Source: Candidatus Bathyarchaeota archaeon (GTDB taxonomy: Archaea > Thermoproteota > Bathyarchaeia > Bathyarchaeales > Bathycorpusculaceae). From it: 64,000 nt of DNA. The translations under genes and the position numbers were made by a program. This document shows, one piece after another, positions 30,104 through 39,433 of the stretch (positions within the stretch are counted from its first letter, which is position 1; every line of letters begins with the position of its first letter). The stretch is from NCBI GenBank assembly GCA_963720565.1, contig CAVRFW010000006.1, forward strand, positions 15,521-79,520, in the 5' to 3' direction. Below the pieces are notes generated by a model. It saw nothing but the letters and a program-made list of their open reading frames with translations. It was not told the DNA's origin and searched no databases.

Positions 30104-30742
30104 ATGATACCCTTATTGAATGTTAACTGGCAAGATCTTTCCACGCCTTATTCACCGGGCTACCGAGACACTGAAGTATTAGCCTTCATAGAAGAGGAAG
30201 ACATGACCACGTTCACATTTGATGGCCTGAAGCGCAGACTTGGCTTGCATCCTGAGACGCTTTCGCGTATACTTAATAGGCTAGAGCAAGAGGGTATAGT
30301 CAAGAAAAACTCGGATGGTTACACGGTAACTCCGAAAATCACCAAACTCGGACTCCGCCTTCAACACAATGAAGAACCAAGCACACCATTATTGCAGACA
30401 TTTCTACCCTCCGATGTGCTTCCTCATCACCTTATTGCCAAGATCAAGGGAAAATGGTTCGGGAGCCTTCGTTGGTTAGGCGTATCAGAGAACAGTGAAG
30501 GCGTCAGATTGAAGTGGATAACAGAAGACGGCGGTATCCAGCTGAATGCAAAAATTCAGGGAACCGAGCTTAGCATAGAGGCGAAGTTTTTAACGTGCAG
30601 TGACCTTGACTTGGCTTTGAAAGCTGCGTACCAGCTGATGGCATACATAAGCAGACAGTGCGCGGGTACAAGACTGGCGAGGCATGTATCAATCTACGGC
30701 AACTCAAATGCGTATCCTTACGCTTACTTCACTGTTGCATAA
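30104..30742 (+). CDS. Winged-helix DNA-binding protein
   Basis: FTFDGLKRRLGLHPETLSRILNRLEQEGIV HTH; ORF track start 30059. Confidence 0.75.
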   Translation: MIPLLNVNWQDLSTPYSPGYRDTEVLAFIEEEDMTTFTFDGLKRRLGLHPETLSRILNRLEQEGIVKKNSDGYTVTPKITKLGLRLQHNEEPSTPLLQTFLPSDVLPHHLIAKIKGKWFGSLRWLGVSENSEGVRLKWITEDGGIQLNAKIQGTELSIEAKFLTCSDLDLALKAAYQLMAYISRQCAGTRLARHVSIYGNSNAYPYAYFTVA

Positions 30743-30819
30743 TTTTTGTGACTGACTTTCATGGTTCCTTAGTCAACAAATACTTTTTCGTCATATTCAA
30801 TTTTAAGGTGAAAAACGAA

Positions 30820-31752
30820 ATGAGTCAATTAGTTAATCCATTAGAAGTGTTGAAATCACTTTCTGAAGCTACGAGTACACTTGTCCAGCAAACCTCCCAG
30901 TCGGTTGTCAGCATAAACTCCAGAATGTCCCGAGGTACAGGAATAATCCTGAATTCTGAAGGGTACATAATCACCTGCAACCACGTCCTCCAAGGATGCA
31001 ACATAGTGAAAATAGGGCAAGGACAAAAAACATTCAACGCAAAAATAGTTGCCACGGATCCGTACAACGATATTGCGTTGCTCAAGGCAGAAAACGGAAA
31101 GTTCCAACCAGCAGAACTTGGCGACTCAGACAAACTCAAAGTAGGTCAATATGTTATAGCAATCGCTAACCCCTTTAACAGGGAACAGGCAACAGCCACG
31201 ACGGGAACAATAACAAGCGTAAACGGTACTCTCAGAGGTTGGCAGGGAACGCATATGGAGAACATTATAAGTACAGACGCGAAACTCATTCCAGGCTTTT
31301 CAGGTGGACCCTTGGCAGATGTTGATGGCAAGATAGTAGGAATAAACACGGCATATGTTTGGCAACGTGGCATAGCGATTCCAATAAACAAAGTGAAAGC
31401 CATAGCTGACAGACTAATGACCGGAAGAGCAGCTAAAAAAGCCTACTTGGGCGTAATCGCAAACACTATAGCCATTCCAGAAGAGCTCGCAACGCAATTG
31501 GAAACAGACCAAGAAACCGGAGTCATGATTTTCTCAGTGGAGCCCAATTCACCTGCAAGAAAAGCAGGTTTAATGATGGGTGATGTAATAATGAAGTTCA
31601 ACGGAAAACCCATTGTCAACTTCTACGACCTACCAAGATGCTTAGCCGAAGATATAGTCGGAAAAGAGACACAACTAACAATCTTGCGCGGAGAAAAACT
31701 ACTCGAGCTCAGTATCACACCAAAAGAAGCCGAAGATGAAAACGATGAATAA
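30820..31752 (+). CDS. HtrA/DegP-like S1C serine protease with PDZ domain, no signal peptide
   Basis: Triad motifs TCNHV, NDIALL, PGFSGGPL; PDZ SPARKAGLMMGDVI. ATG at 30820 after AAGGTGA. Confidence 0.9.
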   Translation: MSQLVNPLEVLKSLSEATSTLVQQTSQSVVSINSRMSRGTGIILNSEGYIITCNHVLQGCNIVKIGQGQKTFNAKIVATDPYNDIALLKAENGKFQPAELGDSDKLKVGQYVIAIANPFNREQATATTGTITSVNGTLRGWQGTHMENIISTDAKLIPGFSGGPLADVDGKIVGINTAYVWQRGIAIPINKVKAIADRLMTGRAAKKAYLGVIANTIAIPEELATQLETDQETGVMIFSVEPNSPARKAGLMMGDVIMKFNGKPIVNFYDLPRCLAEDIVGKETQLTILRGEKLLELSITPKEAEDENDE

Positions 31753-31894
31753 CCAATCACCAACAAAACTTGAACCGCCACAACCACTAAGACCACTACC
31801 GAACCGCCCATTTCCATTTCCAAACCCAAGAATCAGCAAAAACACACACGAAACACTTTCTCCCTTTCCTCTTATCCGAGAGTACTGGAACTAG
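31745..31894 (+). CDS. Possible 49-aa proline-rich peptide coupled to the HtrA gene
   Basis: ATG overlaps the protease 3' end; MNNQSPTKLEPPQPLRPLPNRPFPFPNPRISKNTHETLSPFPLIREYWN*. Confidence 0.3.
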   Translation: MNNQSPTKLEPPQPLRPLPNRPFPFPNPRISKNTHETLSPFPLIREYWN

Positions 31895-32019
31895 CCAGAG
31901 GGTAATATAGCAATAATCTCAGTGGCAAAGAGGATTATGCACAGAACCAACTGATGCGCAACTTGTGTTCATCCTATTGGGTATTGAGCATAACCTTGAG
32001 ACGCTGTTGTTTACTTGCT

Positions 32020-33039
32020 CTAATTGCCCTTAACGGCTGCAACTGTCCTCTTCAATAGCAACTGGGCTGCTTCTTGGGAAGGCCAGCCTCCAAGTCCGCA
32101 GTCTGGACCTGCAAACGTCATCCTGTCGCCATATTTCGCCTTGGCACTTAGATATCTTTTCCTAATGTTTTCTTTGTCTTCTGCCAACTGCTCTGACGTA
32201 GGCTTCGCAATATTTCTGTCTTGGAGTTCCGCAAGGATAGAGTCTATATCCGTTCTTGCTATACCAACCCGAATTTGCTTGTCGGCGCCATCCAACATTT
32301 TTTTGGAAACCGAATCGATATTCCTCGGGGAACCAGCATATTCGAAAGACAGGACATCTATGTTCTTCACACAGAGTAAATCCGGTAATCGTGTTGCCGA
32401 GTGTAGGTGAATCTGGCGAACTGCCCCGTGAAAACTAAAAGCTTTTTCCAGAACATCACTTAGAACATCAGTTCCAGCGGCAATGTTCATGAAACCATAA
32501 CTTGGCTCATCTATCGAAACAACCTCAGTCTTCACGTACTTGGTGTTTAAGACCGCGTTTTTAGCGAAACGTTTTATCGTCTCCGCGAAGTTTTCAAGAA
32601 CATCGCTGTATGGTACGGTGCCAATTTCCTTCAGATACTGCTCCATGGGACCAAAGAGCGAAATTCGCAACAGAATCTTTCCAAATTCCTCGCTGAGATT
32701 TTTAGCTTCTTCTTTGATAACGTACACTTCTGGCAGAAACGCTTCCTTGTCCTCTACTAGAAAGGATCCCGCGTTCATTGCAATGTGAATAGCGTCGCCA
32801 ACTTGTTTTATTCCATCATACTGCTGAGGATAGGTTACGGCGTCCAAGCCTGAAGAGAGCTTTGTTTTAAACGATTCGAGAGTTACTCTATAAAAATTTT
32901 CCAATAAAAATTCGTCTTTTCGGATGTCCTTTCCGTTGCGTATGGCTTCCCTTGAAAGGCCATAAGCCTTGTTGAATGTCTCCCTTTCAACCGTAGGGGA
33001 TAAAGGGAAACTTCCTACATCGTCAACTATCGTTTCCAT
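32020..33039 (-). CDS. Single-barrel MetE-like (cobalamin-independent methionine synthase/URO-D family) protein
   Basis: DVGSFP, YPQ, SIDEPS, QIHLHS, SFEY, GPDCGL; ORF track extends to 33156. Confidence 0.75.
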   Translation of the reverse strand: METIVDDVGSFPLSPTVERETFNKAYGLSREAIRNGKDIRKDEFLLENFYRVTLESFKTKLSSGLDAVTYPQQYDGIKQVGDAIHIAMNAGSFLVEDKEAFLPEVYVIKEEAKNLSEEFGKILLRISLFGPMEQYLKEIGTVPYSDVLENFAETIKRFAKNAVLNTKYVKTEVVSIDEPSYGFMNIAAGTDVLSDVLEKAFSFHGAVRQIHLHSATRLPDLLCVKNIDVLSFEYAGSPRNIDSVSKKMLDGADKQIRVGIARTDIDSILAELQDRNIAKPTSEQLAEDKENIRKRYLSAKAKYGDRMTFAGPDCGLGGWPSQEAAQLLLKRTVAAVKGN

Positions 33040-33205
33040 GACAACATAGTGCAGTTTGAATTCTTTAAAGATATCCACAAAGTAAGTGTTTTTTGGGCAT
33101 TGTAGCAAAGCCACGGTAAATGGATTCTTGCTTAGAAAACTTCCATTCAGGAGCACCTATAAAAGGGGGAAAACATATGTGTCAATAGCAAAAGCTTGGG
33201 TTAGA

Positions 33206-33538
33206 ATGACTGAAGAACCTGGTATCAATGAAGCGCCCTCTCCTGAGAAACTCCTGATTGACGAACAAATGAATTTTCCATTTCATGCTGCTTATCTTGT
33301 TTACTCTGAAGCATTTGATAATGTGACCAGCAACGATGCCAAGAAAGAACTAAACAGCAATATTGAAGCGCTCAAACAAAACAAGATTGACCACGAAACA
33401 TTCTACATGAATATCTCCAAATACCGAAAACAAAACTCCATTCCACACCAAGAGAGGTTTTCCCTGCAAACGCAGAGAAAAAGAGACTGGCGCATGAAAA
33501 CCCAGAGGCAAGACAGAATAAAAAGACACAAGAAATAG
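33206..33538 (+). CDS. Hypothetical protein with basic C-terminus
   Basis: 110 aa from ATG 33206, ending RKRDWRMKTQRQDRIKRHKK. Confidence 0.65.
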   Translation: MTEEPGINEAPSPEKLLIDEQMNFPFHAAYLVYSEAFDNVTSNDAKKELNSNIEALKQNKIDHETFYMNISKYRKQNSIPHQERFSLQTQRKRDWRMKTQRQDRIKRHKK

Positions 33539-33750
33539 AAAAAATGTTCTAGTTTTGGCTTTTCCACTTATCAGAATCTGGACGTTAGTTTGAAGAATCT
33601 TCTCGAGAGTTTGGAGATTATCATACAGAAAATATGCTTTTTTGCGCAACGAAAAAATTGCCATTCGTGTAACTGGGAGTTGCAGATAATTTGCGGAAAT
33701 TCTTAACGAACAACAAGTTCGCGAAAAGGTTTTTGATTGACGGTTAATGC

Positions 33751-34614
33751 TTAAGCTTTTGGTGTTGCTTTCTCAACGGCTTTGTTTAGGCTAAGTAATT
33801 CTGCTTGTGCTTTTCTTATCAAATCTCCAATGGTTTCTTTAGTCGGTATAGCAGCTCCCAGCGACAAAGCAAATGCTTTCTGATGTGCAATCTGCAGAAG
33901 GGCAGCAATGTTTTCAGAGGTGGGGTATGCGAGGGTTAAGGACAAAGCGAATGCTTCAGCAGTGCTTTGTTCGAGATTTTTGCGCGTGCCATCAACATCC
34001 ACCTTAAGCTGGTTTCCGACAATAATCAGACCTTCATCATAAACTGCCTGCATTGCCAAGCCCGCTTCAACTGCTTTAACGCCTAATTTTGATAAGACTC
34101 CAGCAAGCCTTTCGTTAATGGCTTCGCCCTTTCGCACAACCAAGGTGTCTTTGCTTACCCAGACGCTTCCAGATTCGATTCTTGTTGGCAAGCCAGCAGC
34201 ATTGAGTTGACTGATGATTGGACCAGGGGGTTGCCCGGTGTTTCCAGCGGGAATCACTACGTCCATAGCCGCTATATCGCCTGATTTCGCTGTGGTCTTA
34301 ACTTTTCCGCGTTCTAATAGAAGAGCTAATTTGAACGGGTTAAGGTTAGTAAAAAGCAGTATGTTTGATCCGGCTAAGTAGGCTTCAAGTTTTTGTAAGT
34401 TCTCTTTTCCAAGCTCGTCAATGGCTAGTTTCATGAGGGTGTTCTTGAGAACCCTCATGTAGACCTTGCCCGATAGGTTCTTCTTTAGTTCTTGAAGTTG
34501 GGTTGCGCGGACTTTCTGTAGGCTTGCAACACCTATGAACTTGTATTCTTGAAGCAGGTCTTTGATTGCTTCAACCTCAGCAGATTTTGCGTCTAATACT
34601 TGTTGAGAAGGCAT
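33751..34614 (-). CDS. rpl10: 50S ribosomal protein L10 (P0)
   Basis: KNTLMKLA, NPFKLA, GNTGQPPGP; follows rpl1. Confidence 0.95.
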   Translation of the reverse strand: MPSQQVLDAKSAEVEAIKDLLQEYKFIGVASLQKVRATQLQELKKNLSGKVYMRVLKNTLMKLAIDELGKENLQKLEAYLAGSNILLFTNLNPFKLALLLERGKVKTTAKSGDIAAMDVVIPAGNTGQPPGPIISQLNAAGLPTRIESGSVWVSKDTLVVRKGEAINERLAGVLSKLGVKAVEAGLAMQAVYDEGLIIVGNQLKVDVDGTRKNLEQSTAEAFALSLTLAYPTSENIAALLQIAHQKAFALSLGAAIPTKETIGDLIRKAQAELLSLNKAVEKATPKA

Positions 34615-34630
34615 TAAATTCCACTTCGCA

Positions 34631-35281
34631 TTATGGTTTAATCTTCACAGGGGAGCCCATAGATGTCTTGATAAATGCGAACTTGACATTTTTCAGACCA
34701 CGTTTGAGTTTTCCCTCTAGAAGTCTCAAAACCGCTTGAATGTTGTTAACTAGTTCTTCGTCACTCATCTTTTCAGAGCCAACGGAAACCTGGATGATTG
34801 GTTGGTTACGCATACGTACAACAACCGTGTTCCGGTTCTTTGTTATGACGGTCGCTATGTCGGCATTAGGAGGAACAGGTACAGGCATTTTTCCTCTTGG
34901 ACCCAAGACTGGACCTAGAATTTTTCCGACTAGGGGCATTAATGGGGTTTCAGAAATGAACACGTCATAACTGCTTGCGAGTTTCCGCAGGTCTTTCTTC
35001 TTTCCGGCTAATCCTTCCAAGTCAACGCGTTCTATAACTTTGTCAGCCTGCGCATTACGTGCTTTAAGCGCTAGCTCTCCAGATGCGATTATGCAGATTT
35101 TATTAGGTTTTCCAGTAGCATGAGGCAGCTCGAGAACCGCTTGAATCTTGCCCTCAGGAGCCTTCATGTCAATCTCCTTAATGTCGAAAATTAAATCCAC
35201 TGTCTGGTTAAACTTTTTCTGTCCAGACTTGGATTTCGCTTCTTTTACCGCTTCTAATAGTGTCTTGTTATCTAAGGGCAT
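34631..35281 (-). CDS. rpl1: 50S ribosomal protein L1
   Basis: KKFNQTVDL, LGPVLGPRGKMP, KTSMG. Confidence 0.96.
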   Translation of the reverse strand: MPLDNKTLLEAVKEAKSKSGQKKFNQTVDLIFDIKEIDMKAPEGKIQAVLELPHATGKPNKICIIASGELALKARNAQADKVIERVDLEGLAGKKKDLRKLASSYDVFISETPLMPLVGKILGPVLGPRGKMPVPVPPNADIATVITKNRNTVVVRMRNQPIIQVSVGSEKMSDEELVNNIQAVLRLLEGKLKRGLKNVKFAFIKTSMGSPVKIKP

Positions 35282-35338
35282 CTTTATGGCCTCGTGCCAA
35301 TGAGGTGTTGGAACCCAGTTATAAAAATATTCACTTAT

Positions 35339-35830
35339 TTATTCGTCCTTTCTGAACAACTCTTCATAGCTGCCAGCGTCAATTTCTTTCTGGATATCAC
35401 GGGGATCTTTGCCTTCAACCGTTACGCCTAGGCTGACACAAGTTCCTAGAATCTCCTTCGCGGCAGACTTCAAATTCGGCGATAGGAGCTCCGGGCGCTT
35501 GATTTTTGCTATGCGGGTGACTTGATCCATTGACAAGTCACCTACTTTGACTGTGTTTGGTGTTCCAGAACCCTTCTCGATCTTCAATTCGCTTACGATA
35601 AGAGCTGAAGCGGTTGGAACTCCAATGCTAACATCAAAGGTTTTGTCTTCAGTATCAACTGAAATCTTCACTGGAACTTTCATTCCAGCGTAGTCTTTCG
35701 TTAGCTCGTTAATCTTATTCACAACAGCCATGATATTAATACCTAGAGGACCGAGTGCAGGACCCATTGGTGGACCAGCGTTTGCTTGTCCGCCGCTTAC
35801 GAGCAACTCTACAATTTTTTTATCAACCAT
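35339..35830 (-). CDS. rpl11: 50S ribosomal protein L11
   Basis: GGQANAGPPMGPALGP, GTCVSLG. Confidence 0.96.
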   Translation of the reverse strand: MVDKKIVELLVSGGQANAGPPMGPALGPLGINIMAVVNKINELTKDYAGMKVPVKISVDTEDKTFDVSIGVPTASALIVSELKIEKGSGTPNTVKVGDLSMDQVTRIAKIKRPELLSPNLKSAAKEILGTCVSLGVTVEGKDPRDIQKEIDAGSYEELFRKDE

Positions 35831-35831
35831 T

Positions 35832-36320
35832 TTATGATTCACTACTTCTACTTTTTGCTTTTTCCACTAACTTCACGTAGTCTGAATGAACTGTGATGGG
35901 TAAAGTAAACGTTGCCTCCAGCAATTCAAGTGTGACCTCGCCCTTGGATTTGTCAAGACGCGTGATCTTGGCGCGCATGCCCTTGAAAGGTCCACCTGTA
36001 ATTTCGACGACATCATCCTCGTACAGATCTTCGAGAACTGGCTTCCTAACTATGTACCGCTCGATCTCAGGGAAACTTATCAGACCAGGAATGCGGGAGC
36101 GGACATGTCTTACCCCAGTTATAGCTTCTTCTACGAGGTGCGGCCCGTCGGCTTCTATGAATACATAACCTTTGAGTGTATCCGGAACAAGAATGGCTTT
36201 TATCGGGACATGTGTCATTTCGACTTTTGCAGCTATCAGACGAGCTACATTGCGTTCTTGGCCGGTTGTGGTTTTAATAGCGAAAATCTTGGGTGTAAAT
36301 TGTTCCTCTTTTTTCTCCAT
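35832..36320 (-). CDS. spt5: Transcription elongation factor Spt5 (NusG)
   Basis: TTTGQE, LKGYVFIEA, KOW motif VEITGGPFKG. Confidence 0.96.
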   Translation of the reverse strand: MEKKEEQFTPKIFAIKTTTGQERNVARLIAAKVEMTHVPIKAILVPDTLKGYVFIEADGPHLVEEAITGVRHVRSRIPGLISFPEIERYIVRKPVLEDLYEDDVVEITGGPFKGMRAKITRLDKSKGEVTLELLEATFTLPITVHSDYVKLVEKAKSRSSES

Positions 36321-36332
36321 TTTCTTTTCCTT

Positions 36333-36515
36333 CTAACTCGCTGCTGTTGCTCCACCCAAGGCAAAAGATAAAAGTCTAATTACGAATCCGACCAGACCCA
36401 CTACGCCTATGCCAAGCACGCTAATTTTTATTGACAGCCACAGCTCGCTTCTGTCAGGTTTTACTGCCAGTTTCAAGGTTCTAGATGCTTGAGATAGCCA
36501 TGATCTAATGCCCAT
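36333..36515 (-). CDS. secE: Protein translocase SecE/Sec61 gamma
   Basis: RTLKLAVKPDRSEL followed by TM GVVGLVGFVI; directly upstream of spt5. Confidence 0.9.
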   Translation of the reverse strand: MGIRSWLSQASRTLKLAVKPDRSELWLSIKISVLGIGVVGLVGFVIRLLSFALGGATAAS

Positions 36516-36607
36516 TTTTAACCGCACACTCAAGATTTCACTTAGTGATAATAAACGTTACTGTGGCTTTTAGACTTTAAAGCTTGCTTTGGAACCGCTG
36601 TTGAAGC

Positions 36608-37432
36608 TCATATCTTCACGTATGGTAGTCCAATCTCTTGTAGAGAACTAATTAGATTTTCCTTGTTCTCACTTTTAATGCCTTTCCAATCAAGGAGTGC
36701 ACAGTCGACTTTTTCCACAGTCTTTTCTACACATTGACTGAGAATTTCAGAGTCAGCATAGCCAACAGCATACTTTGGTATCATGTGACTGAAAATTGCT
36801 TTGCCTTCAAGTGCCATTCGGGTGAAACGCTGATTGTAATGTGTTCCGCCTATGCCTAACGCTGCAGAATTTTGAGTGTGACCGAACTTTGAGATTGCCT
36901 CCATTGTTGCGTGGGCAACAGTTTCTGCAGCATCCATATCACTCCATTGGGGAGGCGAGCTACCTAGTTCCACAAACATTGTGGGGACGTTTAAGGAAGG
37001 GCCATGATGGGTACATTCGTAAGACACCTCATATTCAGCGCTTGAAATTGTCCTGTAACGCAACAAAGCTGCTAGTGTGTCTCGCATGGCTGTGGCTGGC
37101 GAGATGGAAACGCTTCGAGGTAATCCGCCAAGTTCTGCCGGTCCAAAATTGCCCGGTGTGTGGACTGACAAAGTAGGGGTACCGCTTTGGCTACTGTGGC
37201 GGGAGATGAAAACAACCAGACTCAAATTGTGAAAATGGTCTGAAAGGTACTGTGCCTTTATGGCTTCCTCGTTTAGAGTGATTAATTTGACCTCAGCGCC
37301 CTGCAATTTGGCATAGAATACAGGGTTTTCTTGATAAGTTACTTTTGTTTCGTTGAATGGGTAGTTTTTGAGTACTTGCTTTTTGATGTTCAATCCTGCA
37401 GGGTCTTTGCGTGAGGAAACTATCAAAATCAT
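36608..37432 (-). CDS. dtdA: D-aminoacyl-tRNA deacylase (DTD2/GEK1)
   Basis: DPAG, SRHSS, LSVHTPGN, ECTHHGP, FVELGS, GGTHY. Confidence 0.93.
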   Translation of the reverse strand: MILIVSSRKDPAGLNIKKQVLKNYPFNETKVTYQENPVFYAKLQGAEVKLITLNEEAIKAQYLSDHFHNLSLVVFISRHSSQSGTPTLSVHTPGNFGPAELGGLPRSVSISPATAMRDTLAALLRYRTISSAEYEVSYECTHHGPSLNVPTMFVELGSSPPQWSDMDAAETVAHATMEAISKFGHTQNSAALGIGGTHYNQRFTRMALEGKAIFSHMIPKYAVGYADSEILSQCVEKTVEKVDCALLDWKGIKSENKENLISSLQEIGLPYVKI

Positions 37433-37537
37433 TTTTTGTCCTTCCAAAAGGATAGTGTGATTGCACTAAAAGCGTTTTCCATAAAGTTTATAATCGTTAG
37501 GCGGGGTTCACCATTTCTTGTTAGAGGCTGGACAAAG

Positions 37538-38458
37538 ATGCATTTGATTAGCTTTAGAGAGTTGTCTGGAAAACAGCTCAACCAGTTAGTTGATATGGGA
37601 ATTGAGGTAAAGCACAATCCCGAGAAATTCGTGGAAAAATTGCACGGCAAGTCATTAGCTTTGGTTTTCCAGAAAACCAGCACCAGAACCCGTGTGGCTT
37701 TCGAGGTTGCTATGACGCAACTAGGCGGTCACGGATTGTATATAGACTGGAGAACGACGAACTTTACTCTTGCAGACATTTTTGATGAAACCAAGTACTT
37801 ATCGCGCAATGTTGACTGCATAATGGCAAGACTGTTGTTGAATGAAGATTTGCAGAAAATGGCTAAGGCTTCAATAGTTCCAGTGATTAATGGTTGCGAC
37901 GAGAAATATCATCCAAGCCAAGCATTAGCTGATCTGATAACTATTAAGGAAAAGATTGGCAAACTTAGAGGCACGAAGCTTGTTTACATAGGCGTTCACA
38001 ACAATGTTTGCAACTCTTTGATTGAGGGTTGCACCAAAACCGGCGTTGAAATTACAACAGTAGCGCCGCTTTTTAACGAACCCGCGCGTGATGACGAACT
38101 AATGAAATCCGCAGAGAAAACTGGGTTGTGGCATCAAACTTTGGACATTGAGAATGCAGTTAAAAACGCGGATTTCGTTTACACTGACACTTGGATAGAC
38201 ATGGAGTTTTTCACCAATCCGAAATTTGCAGTAGAGAAGGAGAAACGTTTGAAAATCATGATGCCTTACCAAATCAACAAGGATTTAATGAAAGAAAGCA
38301 AAGGATACATTATGCATGATATGCCGATCCACAGAGGATACGAAATAAGCAAAGACATGATTGATGATGGGCGTTCTGTTATTTACGAGCAAGCTGAAAA
38401 TAGGCTTTACTCAGCAAAGGCCATACTCTTAGAGCTTGCAGAGAAGAAAACAAAATAG
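37538..38458 (+). CDS. argF: Ornithine carbamoyltransferase-family enzyme
   Basis: FQKTSTRTR, HPSQALAD, EQAENR; variant HDMP in place of HCLP. Confidence 0.8.
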   Translation: MHLISFRELSGKQLNQLVDMGIEVKHNPEKFVEKLHGKSLALVFQKTSTRTRVAFEVAMTQLGGHGLYIDWRTTNFTLADIFDETKYLSRNVDCIMARLLLNEDLQKMAKASIVPVINGCDEKYHPSQALADLITIKEKIGKLRGTKLVYIGVHNNVCNSLIEGCTKTGVEITTVAPLFNEPARDDELMKSAEKTGLWHQTLDIENAVKNADFVYTDTWIDMEFFTNPKFAVEKEKRLKIMMPYQINKDLMKESKGYIMHDMPIHRGYEISKDMIDDGRSVIYEQAENRLYSAKAILLELAEKKTK

Positions 38459-38542
38459 AAATTGGCAGTCCGACAAATCTTAGCATAAAACCTTTGTATT
38501 TCTCGAACTGAAGGTAAAAGTGAAAAAAGGAAGCGTAGAATA

Positions 38543-39430
38543 TTGAAAATTGCGAGATACCGATACGGATCCGAGGAAAGCTATGGAATTATTGATGGAA
38601 AAACTATTTTGTCCTTGCCATTACTTTCAAGACTCCTCAAGAAACAATTACCCCATAACCTCGAAGAATTCATAGCCCAAGGAGAAAGGGCAACAGAGAC
38701 CGTGGCAGAGCTACTTACAAAGACAAAGGACGTCGACATTGAAAAAGTTTCAACACCATTAAACGCGGTTTCCTTTCTTGCACCAATAGCTTTTCCGCCG
38801 AAAATTATCTGTTTGGGATTAAATTATCTCGATCACGCTGCAGAAACCAACTCCCGTGTCCCAGATGAACCCATCATATTCATGAAGCCTCACACCGCTA
38901 TAATAGGTTCAAACCAGAAGATTTTGAAACCAAAATTCGTGAAGGAACTCGATTATGAAGGAGAACTTGGTGTAGTAATCGGAAAGAAAACTAAAAACAT
39001 CGGTGTGAAGGAAGCGAAAGAAAGCATTTTTGGATATACGATCTTTAACGATGTTTCAGCACGGGATTTCCAGTTTAAAGATGGACAATGGACCAGGGGG
39101 AAAAGCTTTGATACGTTTGCTCCAACAGGACCGTGCATAACCACCGAGAGTCAGCTTTGCACCGATGACTTAGCTATTCGCACTTGGGTTAATGGGGAAA
39201 AACGCCAGAATGGAACTACACGAAATATGGTTTTCAACGTTAGTCAAATCGTGCATCAACTCAGCCGGGTTATGACGCTTGAACCTTGCGATATCATTGC
39301 AACGGGCACACCCGCAGGGGTCGGGCACGCGATGAAACCCAGAAGATACCTCCAACACGGCGATAGAGTCCGAATTGAAATCGAAGGAATCGGTGTTCTA
39401 GAAAACACTGTTGAAGAACAAGAAGGGTAG
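38543..39430 (+). CDS. Fumarylacetoacetate hydrolase family protein
   Basis: KIICLGLNYLDH, DYEGEL, NDVSARD, GKSFDTF, TGTPAGVG. Confidence 0.93.
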   Translation: MKIARYRYGSEESYGIIDGKTILSLPLLSRLLKKQLPHNLEEFIAQGERATETVAELLTKTKDVDIEKVSTPLNAVSFLAPIAFPPKIICLGLNYLDHAAETNSRVPDEPIIFMKPHTAIIGSNQKILKPKFVKELDYEGELGVVIGKKTKNIGVKEAKESIFGYTIFNDVSARDFQFKDGQWTRGKSFDTFAPTGPCITTESQLCTDDLAIRTWVNGEKRQNGTTRNMVFNVSQIVHQLSRVMTLEPCDIIATGTPAGVGHAMKPRRYLQHGDRVRIEIEGIGVLENTVEEQEG

Positions 39431-39433
39431 CAA

